Positions 12,850-23,600 of a DNA stretch of 64,000 nucleotides are shown one piece after another. The position numbers and the translations under genes were made by a program. The stretch comes from Chlorokybus atmophyticus. Its lineage: Eukaryota; Plantae; Mesostigma and Chlorokybus algae. Location of the stretch: contig RHPI01001132.1 in assembly GCA_009103225.1 (NCBI GenBank), forward strand, positions 62,001 through 126,000, written 5' to 3'. The stretch's first letter is position 1. The number at the start of each line of letters is the position of its first letter. Below the pieces are notes generated by a model. That model was not told the DNA's origin, made no database searches, and worked only from the letters and a program-made list of their open reading frames with translations.

Positions 12850-14660
12850 TCAAGACCTTTGTCGTTGCATGGCCGCCACCATGGCGTCGAGCTCCGCCTT
12901 TGCCCCGACGGCTTCGATCTCCTGCGGTCCAAGGAATAGTCCCCACGGGTGTCCGTCGTACTTGTCGGCGTGGTGCATCTGGTGCGCCGCCGCCACACGC
13001 TGCAGGTACGGCCACGACGACAACGAGCGACCGACGGGGAAGCGACGGTGGACCAACCCGTCGTGGATGAAGACGTACGACATGCCGTACGCCGTGATGC
13101 CAAGGCCCTGGACTTGGAACGTGGGTGTAAGGTGTTTGAAGGCTTTGTGTGGACAGCATTGTTGCGTGAGCGTGGCATAGTAAGTGGTATATGCACGCAT
13201 ACTGCATTGACAGAACAGTGACAGCACGTGGTCTACATGCATGTGCGTGCGTGCGTGCGTGTGTGTGCATGCGTGGCACATAGACATATGTGGATGCACG
13301 AACTCGCATACGCATACACATACACACGCACGCACCCACGCGCCAATCTGCCNNNNNNNNNNNNNNNNNNNNNNNNNNNNNNNNNNNNNNNNNNNNNNNN
13401 NNNNNNNNNNNNNNNNNNNNNNNNNNNNNNNNNNNNNNNNNNNNNNNNNNNNNNNNNNNNNNNNNNNNNNNNNNNNNNNNNNNNNNNNNNNNNNNNNNNN
13501 NNNNNNNNNNNNNNNNNNNNNNNNNNNNNNNNNNNNNNNNNNNNNNNNNNNNNNNNNNNNNNNNNNNNNNNNNNNNNNNNNNNNNNNNNNNNNNNNNNNN
13601 NNNNNNNNNNNNNNNNNNNNNNNNNNNNNNNNNNNNNNNNNNNNNNNNNNNNNNNNNNNNNNNNNNNNNNNNNNNNNNNNNNNNNNNNNNNNNNCTCTCC
13701 CCCCCTCGCCTGTGTGCGCGTGTGCTTACATGAACAAGGGGTACAACCGTGTACGTGCACAAGAACTGTGATGCTCTGCAAGGCCATGGACTGTACACTG
13801 TCAGTATCACGCACCGATCCAAAGCAGATGCTGCCGAGGAGACCCGACTTGTACACGCCAAAGGCCGTGAGCGCCATCGCAGGCACCGCGTTGATGACAG
13901 CGAGCCAGTCTCCCGACTGGAACGGCCCCCCGCGCGGGAAATGATGACCCTGCACAATGCGTGTGATGAGACCGATGTTGTTGGCTGTGTGTGCAGTATA
14001 GAAACACCTGCAGCTGCATGCGAGCACGCGCGCGCAGACACGTACACACATATGCATGCATTCACAAACGCAATCGCACATACACCCGCACACACGCACA
14101 CGCACAATCATGCATGCACCCGCACGCACAGGTGTTGGCGCACACGCACGCAAGCAAATTTTCACGGACAAGAGTCCTCACCTCGTGCAAGAACCAGAAG
14201 ACCGTGTGGTACACGAACTTGTGGGCGTAACGGGCAAAGTACTCCATCCCCATCTATGCGACAGAACGCTGTCACTTCTTTGCTTTTCCGCTTTGCAATG
14301 ACAAAGCATCCACTGAGTTTTACACTCACCATCACGCTAGCAGCGAAGACAAACGTCACCGCCATCTCCAAGTAGACAGGCTTTTCTGTCTGCGAGGCAA
14401 GCACATCGTTGTGACAAACAGCCAACACCACCAACAAGCATTATGTACACATGCACCACACACTTTGTGGGAGAAGCGATTGGCGACTGATGCTGCGATT
14501 GACACAACCAGGGCGGAGCTTCCGAGGATGGCTCCCAGCTGATAGGCACGCTGATGCATGCGCCTCCTCTCCGCTCTGGTCTTGAAAACATTGTGTTCAG
14601 GACTGCTTCTGCGAATAACCACTTCCCGAACTTCAGCGTAGAATGCGAGAGAGCAGCCAT
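12850..14660 (-). CDS. BCH: Non-heme di-iron beta-carotene hydroxylase (CrtR-B/BCH); 5' end unresolved (may extend to about 15,000); an N gap lies in the last intron
   Basis: Four His boxes: HKFVYH, HEGHH, HDGLVH(RRFPVG), HQMHH. Also WGLFLGPQEIE and GMEYFARYAH. Last exon is 13107-12850. Confidence 0.9.
13353..13694. other. Assembly gap (342 N)
   Basis: Run of N. Confidence 1.
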
Positions 14661-15177
14661 TGGCTTATTGTAATTGTGTGTAAGTCAGATCAGAGTGTGT
14701 GCACAGGTGCATGCCACACACAGCCACTGATGAGAAGGCGGCATTGTGTCGACGTCTGCTGACTTGTCCTTGGACGTGCTTGTGATGTACATGGAGGCAC
14801 CGCTCTGCATGCTTGACCTCCCTTTTCTCGCCGCCGCTACCGCCGCCGCCGCCACTGGCAACTTGATCGATCTCCTGCGCGCTATCCACACCAATAAGTG
14901 TCACCAACGCCGACAGTATCCCGAGATTGCGCCGACATAGACACGATCTGGCTGTAATCTGGCCGTTGATGAGTGCCAAAGCGCACTGTCGACGTCGACG
15001 CTTACGCGATGACGTCCTGTAAACTCCTTAGCCGTTTACCTGTTTGCCACTTTAGCCGTGGTATCAGGCCAAACTAACCGGCGTTGCGGGCCAGGCCGGG
15101 CTGGGGCGAGCTTGGGCCAGGCCTGGCCTGGTCGGCGGGGCGGGGGAAGGAGGGAGATTGCTGGCGTTGGCGCTGGC

Positions 15178-18100
15178 ATGGACGACACCAGCGACGGCAT
15201 AGTCCACGACCCCGCTGCTGCCGCCGCAGCGGAGGCGGCGGCGGCGGCGGCGGCAGCCCAGGCGGCGGTCGAGGTGGCGGCGGCTGGAGGAGTGCCTGAC
15301 GGAGGCGGCGGTGCGCACAATCCGTGGGGAGCGGAGTTGGGAGAGGGCTCAGAGTCTGAGTCGGACGGCGACGGCCATGCCGCCGCCGCCGCCTCGCACA
15401 GGGGCGGAGTAGGGCTCGGTGGAGGAGGCGGCGGCAGCGGCGTTGGAGGAGGCCCAGGAGGAGTAGGCGGCTCCATCCAGGGCGGCCTGCATGGCGTTGG
15501 GGGAAATGGAGCTGGGGTAGGCGGGGGCGGAGGAGGAGGAGGAGGAGGAGGCACCGTCAGTGGCGGCGACGACGCCATCACGGACGGGGAGAAGCACACC
15601 CTCATCGGCCTCTGGGGCGACGCTTTAGAGAAGCATGGACACGTGCTCAGGCGACACTGGATTGACATTGCTGCCAGGTTGAGCGACCATGTGCTTGCGT
15701 GTGGGTGCATGTGCATGAGTGTGGGCAAGCTTGCTTATGCGTGTCTGTGCATAAGTGCGTGCATGTTTGATTAGTGATGTGAAATGTACATGCCCACATG
15801 CGCTCGCTCTGCACGCATTTGTGCTTGCGTGAAGCTTAACTCACATTGACTGTCAATTTTGTCATGCAGCTAACTTAGAGTTTACCAGGGACGCTGTTTA
15901 TAGCGCTGTATGTAGCTGTAGTTTTGCGCATTGCAAGTGCTGATTACTGTGCAAGGAGTACAATAGTATGCCAGCTTGCATGCACGATGTGAACATGCAA
16001 GCATCCGCGGTTGCGTATCCTAGTGCGCACACATATCAAGACACCTTTTTCGTGCACATGCGACGTCATTTGCAACTTGGCCGGGCTTTACTGTCTAATC
16101 TGTCCTTGCACACAACATGTGCACAAACCAACATCACACCCTCTCAGGCTTCACGAGCTTCACCCTTCTCTCCCCCCGCGCGACCCCCGCAAGCTCCGCC
16201 GCCTCCTCTCCAACCTCATGCGCACGTACGCCAACCACAAGCTGGGCCGTCTGAAGAAGTCCCGCCCTTCTGGTCAAACGACAGCCACACACACAACATC
16301 CACCCTAACACCCACACCCTACTCCTCCTCTTCGTCGCCCGGCGTGCACCATCGCAATACGCCCGCGACGTCGTGGCCGTTCTTTGAAGCGTTGGATGGG
16401 ATACTGAGGACGAGGCCGGAGTATAGCGCGGCGGGCGTGGGAGGTGTGGGGGTGGGTTTGGGTGGGGGTGGGGGTGGGGGTGGGGATGGTGTGGGCAGTG
16501 GGAGTGGAGATGAACAGATGGCCGTGCATCAACAGCAGCAGTCTGGAGGAGATGAGCACCCGGAAGGCATGGAGATGGAGGGTAGGGTTTTTTTGCGATG
16601 TGTGTGAGCATGCGCGCGTGTGCGTAGGAAGGTGTTCGTGCGTGTATGCGCGTACGCATGTCTGTGTTTGAGCACACCGGTACCTGCTCTGTTTTAGCAA
16701 CTCATGCCATGTGTGTTACATGTGACAATGCTTTCTTAGTCAGGAGTTGAGTTGATGCTAGTAAAAGCAAAGCAAACAGAAGAGGACCAGGACTCGGTGT
16801 TGGTGGCTCAAATCGGGGGGATTGTGCATGTGTTCATGTGGTTGTGGTTGTTGGCAGGCCGGCAGCAGCGCAAGCGGAAGGCAGTGGCCGCACCAGCAGC
16901 GTCAGTTGGCGCGCTGCAGAGCCAGCTTCATCACCAGCATCAGATCGTGGTGACCGCGCAGCCGAGTGCGCAGATAGCAGTCATGCCTTCAATGGCGGCC
17001 ACGCCACCAATGGGTAATCGACGTGCTGTCTGCATCCAACATGGCCCTTGATGTTTACCTCTCACGTCTGCACTATGCATGCATGCGTGTGATGGCATGC
17101 ATGTATGCATCTACTCGCGCACGTAACCAGTTAATTTTTATGTTTGCATGTGTGCGTGCGTGTCTGTGTGCCCCTGCATGTGTGCGCACGTGCATGCATA
17201 CATGAGTGTGCGCACACATACGCAATGCACACATGCATGCATGCGCTCAGCCAGAGAGTGATTGTGTCTACGTGCGCACTTGGTGGGCTTATGTACATGA
17301 ACGCAGTCACAGAGCCAATGTGTGTATCTCTGCAGCAACAGGCAATGGCATGTCCCCCCCACTTCAGCAGCACCATCAGTCTCCTGCACCGCCATCGGTA
17401 TCTGCCGGTCGAGTCGGCGAGCTCAAGAAGGGCGAATGGAAGGTGTGACCCAAAGCCCGGGGCATGCAGAGCACAAAGTGGCTGATGTGTGTTGACCATT
17501 CCTGTTGTGATCATGCGCAGGCGCGGTCGGGGCTGGACTCGGTAAAGGACTGCATGTGCGTTTGGGCGCGAACAAAACCGTACAGGGACATGGACCACCT
17601 GGTCTCCATGGACTTTGTCGGTGAGCCACATGATGGATGTGTGAAGCAGGGTTTTGTTACCAATGTGTTTAATGTGGCTTACTACTGCCACAGGTATCCA
17701 CCCATTGAGTAGGGCCGGTGACATGACGGTGCGAGGGGGAAGGGGCATGCGCGCGTACATTCAGCAGTGGCACAACGCACTCGTACCCTTTTACATCTCG
17801 TAAGCAGCAAGCTGACTCGCAGCAACTTTTGGGTTTGCAGACACACGTGCGCACGCTCTCATACGTGTCACAGGTATGAGGTGCGTGATGGTCCGCTGTC
17901 GAACCAGGCGACGTCTCTGTGGACTGTGCGCGGGCGCGTGGCGGGTGAGTTTGCGGGCGCGCGGCCACCGCCCTCGCCAGATACGTGGCTGCTCTTCTCG
18001 GGCACCACCGTATACTCCTGGAACGCTCAGGTATAGACACACCTTGTGTTCTCTATCAGTCTTATGTGTATCAAGTGAAGTGTAGTCCTCAATATTGTAG

Positions 18101-18296
18101 TAGTATTTTATGTACCCAATCTGCGTGAGTGTACCTTATGTTTGCATATTTTACACCAAACGGTCGTGTCTCAAAGATTTGTGTCTGCTGGCAGGGTTTG
18201 ATTTGTGCTGCGGAGGCTATGTTTGACGGGGATGCGGTGCTGAAGCAGATGGAGGGGAAAGTGAGGCATCCGAGGCTGTTCACCGAAGGGGAATGA
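15178..18296 (+). CDS. Trihelix/Myb-SANT-like DNA-binding protein with a Gly/Ala-rich N-terminus and a C-terminal SnoaL/NTF2-like domain; about 9 exons
   Basis: EKHTLIGLW...HWIDIAARLHELHPSLPPRDPRKLRRLLSNLMRTY...WPFFEALDGIL matches the trihelix pattern. NLS-like RKRK. C-terminus WTVRGRVAGEFAG...LLFSGTTVYSWNAQGLICAAEAMFDGDAVLKQM. Last exon is 18195-18296. Confidence 0.7.
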
Positions 18297-20455
18297 TCAC
18301 ATGCTTCACTTGCATGCACAGAGTCTGCACGCACACGCACACTGTAGTTATGTAGCATATGGAGGTGAACGGCTAGGCAGTTTATTGTAGTAGTTTACCG
18401 CGTCTATTACCGGTTATGTATGTACAGTTGAGTAGGCGTTGTCATGCTGTCGGATGTCGTTGGGGTCAATGTGGTGACTGACAGTTGTAACAATGCGCAT
18501 GCAGTTTGCTGTGTGCTTGCTGGCTTGCACTGCATTGGCCCCTACGATGGAGTTTGCTTTGGCAACTCTTATGTTTGCTATGCAGCTCGCGCAAGTGCAT
18601 GCACAGAGTCACACATGAGAAGCCCCTAGCCTAGTGTAGCTTAGGTTATTGTTTTGTTGTTCGGGACGCAGTAAGCCCAAGCTGTTGTCAACATACATTA
18701 GCAGGCTGAGGGGATACAGTCAAAGAAGTTTGCAAGAAAGCAATCACCAGCTTTAAACAAGTTGCAAGGGTTGGTTGAAGATTGCGAGAGTTGTGATGTT
18801 GAACAAGTTTTGAAGCGGAGCCTGTCAACAAGGGGAGGAGTACACCAGTCTGACGGGGACATGAAGCGACAAAGGCATGATTGAAGTGAAAAGGTATTCT
18901 TGTGTTCTATGAGCTGGGTTTTTGTATGTTAAAACCTGGGTGGGTTTTATGTTAGCGGGGAGGGGCTTCTCACAGCTGTAGCAAACCCTACACGACCCTT
19001 TTTGCTTAAACTCAAACCCTACACGATCTGAAACAAGTGCTTGTGTACGCGATTCTGGGCCCCCTTCATCTTATCCCAAGACATGTTGCTTACCCCAAAT
19101 CAAAACATATACAACTTAAGTTGTTGTGAGATAATGCATCAATTGAAATGAAGGCATCTATACAAGTCTATGTCGCGTATTGCAAAGCCACTTTTTGCAC
19201 ATTCGTAATGTGATTAAACCAGCACTTCACAGAAGCAAACATATCCACATATTCTTTGCAACACCAATAAAACATTCCGCACACGTCTTTCTTCAAGTGA
19301 TAACGAGTACGATTGGTGTTGCCATATGTTAAGTGATTTACTGACGGGTAAGCGCCTCTCTTACATTGCATAAATTGTACATACACTATGCATATCGCTC
19401 TATCAAGCTGTAATTTTCATGGCTCATATATGTTATGAACACAGTGGCCATGTTCAGCCCTACGATCTTTCATTTCAAGCATGGCATGCACGCGTACGTA
19501 TTGCGCAAAACAATACCTGACGTCTTAGCTACAGCGCTTTAGCTAAAACGCTTTTAGCTTCAGACTTTGCAAAAACGATAATTCAGTGAAAATGATACTT
19601 TAGCAAAAAGCAACATCCTAGCAAACGGTCCGATGATAATAAATAAGATTACAGCGCTTCAGCTAAAACATGTAGTTCAATTCGTAATATTCGTTTGTAT
19701 ATTTATAAACTCATTTTTCAAGTGCCTCACCCAAAACGTTTGAGCGGTTCCATTTCGGGTGATGGTGTCGCCTTATAAATCATCAATATACATGCATTAA
19801 TGCATTGATCAGCATTGGGGTAGCTGTTTAGCCAAGATGGCGTGACTGATTATAGCTACAACACATTTTTATTTACTAGTAGCTATAATCATGTTGAAGG
19901 CAAGAACAGCTTTACAATGGTGGCATTGATGATAATTATTGATTCATATGCAGTACTGCATATGTCAGCATCAATAGTAATGTCGCAATGCTAAGTGTGA
20001 ATGCTGTTTCTCATTGACATAGATCAGCATCGTAACGCCATCGCTGTAATGCTGGTGATGGTATTGCAAACTTCATTTGTATGCTGATGCCACCACTTTA
20101 TTGTTATAAAACAACCTTAAGAGCTCCAAAGGGATGTTTCAAAAGTCGCTTGATAAAGATGTGTCGTATATGACAATATAATTGTCAACGTCATACGATG
20201 TTAATAACGTCGCTATATTGAGAGGGCTCACACTTGTACAAGTAAGTCCTAGGCGAAAACACAATATGACCACCGATATGGCGCTGAATCTGGACAGTAG
20301 CGCGTGATGGTACCTTCTTCCTCTCTGTGGTGCTGCGGCTCACTGCACCCCAAAGTTACCACTTCGCTTACCCACAAGTGTTATGGCAATATTTATGGGT
20401 AGATTGGATGGTAACTTTAGCAAATCAGTTTTATATGGCTTACCATCTGCTCGCT

Positions 20456-20491
20456 GTCACTGTCAAGGATAAGTATCCGCTACCTAAAATT
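20456..20491 (+). pseudogene. Ty3/gypsy reverse-transcriptase motif remnant
   Basis: VTVKDKYPLPKI resembles the conserved T(I/V)K(D/N)KYPLP(R/K)I motif. No surrounding ORF. Confidence 0.4.
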
Positions 20492-20556
20492 GCTATGATG
20501 TTTTAAACATTGTTGCAACGGGAAGATATATATGACACACATTGGCCATGCAAGTT

Positions 20557-21298
20557 CCAAGTCGTTTGTGGTCGAGTGGGCTGTGACATTGGTCATTGGA
20601 GCTTAAGACCCGGGTTCGATTCCTGCCTTGCATACAAATTCCGCGGTCGTTTTTCGATCCATTAACATTGTAAATGGTCACTTCATAAGCGCCATCATCG
20701 ATGGGTCGCAAATTGCCTAGTGGCAGTCGCGCCGACGGTTAGTCGGCGCGACAGAACGCGACTTGCCGACCTGTGGGGCCGGCAGCGGCGCGCTAAGGTT
20801 GATATGTGGTAAGTCTTCCCGTTACATTCCCCCAACGCTTGCAGCTGCGGCATCATCTTCAGCTCCAATACCCATGTCACAACCCACTCGACTATCAAAG
20901 ACTTGGTGCTTTTATAATCGATTTGTGGATATTTAGTGTATCTTCCCGTTGCGTTCCCCCTCACTTAAGAACGCTGATGTCCTCGGCAGCTGCCCATGCT
21001 CAGCTACGGAATCATCCCAGGGGTTAGTTAGGGTCGGTCACCGGCCCCACAGCCCAGGGACCGGCTAATTTAAGCCCGTACCGATCGACGCGCGCGTAGC
21101 GCCGCTGTCGGCCCCACAGGTCGCATCGCAACAGGTCGCGTCCTGCCACGCCGACTTAAACGTCGGCGCGACTGCCATTAGGCAAGTCGCGACCCATCGA
21201 TGATGGCATTGATAAAGTGACCATTTACGATGTTATTGGATTAATCACAAATCGACCATACAAGCACCAAGTCTTTTATGGTCGAGTGGGCTGTGACA
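20557..21298. repeat. Interleaved inverted repeats with a tRNA-like (A-box/B-box) head
   Basis: Block Y (about 20655-20793) recurs inverted at about 21097-21240. Block X (CCAAGTC..TGGTCGAGTGGGCTGTGACA) occurs at 20557 (+), 20856-20928 (-) and 21245-21298 (+). GGTTCGATTCC at 20613-20623. Confidence 0.8.
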
Positions 21299-21935
21299 AT
21301 CGTAGCCTTGCAGCCTTGGTTGACAAAATGCGAGGCTACGATCTCGAGGTTTAAATATCCTTCATAGTCCGGTTATGATAGCTGCCAGCTGTTATAGCCC
21401 TTTTGCAAAACTTATGAAGGATGCATGCGGTGTTTAGCTAGTAACAAATATTGTAAGTACATACGGAGATAATAAAGCATTGCAAGACATCATACTGTAT
21501 TGCGTTAGGCCTCCCAGAATTTAATACAATGGTTGTTAACGCCTTTGCTACTACCTATAATGCATACACGCGTTCACCATTTATCACGACTGTGAGGTGC
21601 ATGAGCCTCATGCACCTCACAGTCGTGATAAAAGGTGAACGTAACGCTTAAACCATGCAGTTGTGTAACTAACCTCCCAACATAATTGCAGAAGACAACA
21701 TCATCACTGTCCGTGTACACAAACACTAATATGGTGTCCTTCATCCATTGGTTCACGTTCTAAGCATGTTCATTGGCTTGAGTGGGTTGGTGTGCGTCAG
21801 CTTCTTCAGGGCACGGCATGCATGCAATTTCAGGCGATGGCAGCGCCAACACGGTCCGGGGTGGGAACATTAGAGCAATGTGGGCTGCCTGCGAAGAGAC
21901 AACCCAAGTCAGTTAACCAGTTCCTTACTGAGCGG

Positions 21936-21983
21936 CTCAACACTATCACAATAAAAAACAAGTACCCGCTATGAAGCATTAAT
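21936..21983 (+). pseudogene. Ty3/gypsy reverse-transcriptase motif remnant with an in-frame stop
   Basis: LNTITIKNKYPL*SIN matches LNxxTIKNKYPLPRID. Confidence 0.5.
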
Positions 21984-23600
21984 AGGATGCTAAGTTTAAA
22001 ATATCATACAATGCATAACCTTGCGCAAGGCTATGCATCAATGCATTAAACTGACTGCATGCAGAGCTATCAAATTAAAAATTCAATTCAACGTTAGGCT
22101 GTTTGCAGGTATGATGAGACGACAAGCTAGCATAGCTATAGCTAAAGACAGCATGTCGTTCAGCGTTTGGCCTCCAAGAGACTGTTGAGATGCCATTTGC
22201 AATAACAAAAGTCTTGCCGACGTTCAAGCGGTTAATGAGCGAGATATTGCACAGTCTCCGAAAATAATTTAATTGCATCGTCTATGAACGATGCAATTGA
22301 GTATTTGCCTATATAAACTTAATGGTCAACTTGTTCGAACACCGACATGAGTGCACCATCAATTATAGCACACCTATCTTTACAAGCTTTCATGCGTACC
22401 ATTGCCGCAATAATAACGCGGCTGGCGCAATCATACATGCACGATTTAACTACCATATATATCAATGAAATTGCGCACTGTGCTAGTGTCCACAAGCACA
22501 CCCACATCCTATCAAGCATGTTGCCATCAAGAAGAAATAAGTCCTCTTCTTGCACTTTCTCAAACACGGTGACCAAGGTTATCACGCCACATTATTAATG
22601 GCATACCAATGCCCATTTTTTCGTCAAACGTTTTGTTGCAGAGTTTGAGACTTCATGGCGCAGAGTTCTTGCATCGCTGCTTCCTCATATGAGTATAGAC
22701 AACGTGTCATGTACGACAAAGCATGCAGCCGACTGGCTTGTGTGATGTAGGTGTGAGCATGACCGTGCGTGAGGTAGAGCAGCACTACACAACGCATGTA
22801 CAATGTACATATAAATATATACAGGTTATTAGACTGGCTTGGCTTAAGCCTTCACATCACAATCGCTGCATATATGTATATCATATACATATGTATATCA
22901 TATATTATATATTGTATATACTATATCATAGGTATATCATATACATATTATATTAACCTATTAAACAATAACTTTGAATTTTTTAACTTACATGATTTTT
23001 ATTTATCTCTCGGCTTTACTTGCTTATACGACTCAGTTCTGATGTTGCGTTAATGCGCATGTACCAATGTACTTCACGTACATTTTCAAGTGAGTACAGT
23101 CTACCCCCGTTAAAGGAATTCGCTGTAAGGGAATAACCCCGCTAAGATCATAGATTATAAAAAGACCAATGGTTTTACAGGTAAATATCTTCACTTAGTG
23201 GAATAGTCTTGTACGTAATAAGACTAATGTTACCGCATGAAAATCCCAGTGGTGATATGCTCTTATCGGGGTAGCAGTGCTGTGCGCAAGGGCACAAGCA
23301 AGCACTTGATCTTGTGCCCTTGTGCCCATGCAAGTGCTTCTGTGCCTTAAACCGCCACGTCAGTTGCAGAGGCACTGGTTATCCCCATGCGGCGGCAGCG
23401 GCGGCGGCGGCGCGAGGGTTGGCGGCGGCGGGGGCAAAGGTGATAGGTAGCAGTAGACGCCTTGACGGTGGGAACAGCTGCTTCAAGCTTTGGAGGGCTT
23501 GTGCTAAGGTGTGTGTTGTGCACATGCGCGTGTGTATGTGTGCATTGTTGTGACTGTTCACGTGAACACCAAGGCCATTCTGTGCGTTTTGTAGGTCATC

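Noticed and set aside
18984-19028. Direct repeat CAAACCCTACACGA x2 containing telomere-like AAACCCT
   Set aside because: Only two short copies; no array, structure or flanking hallmark.
19168-22600. Short AT-rich ORFs (19168-19386, 21574-21756, 22075-22278, 22319-22585)
   Set aside because: No recognisable motifs or splice structure; probably decayed TE sequence.
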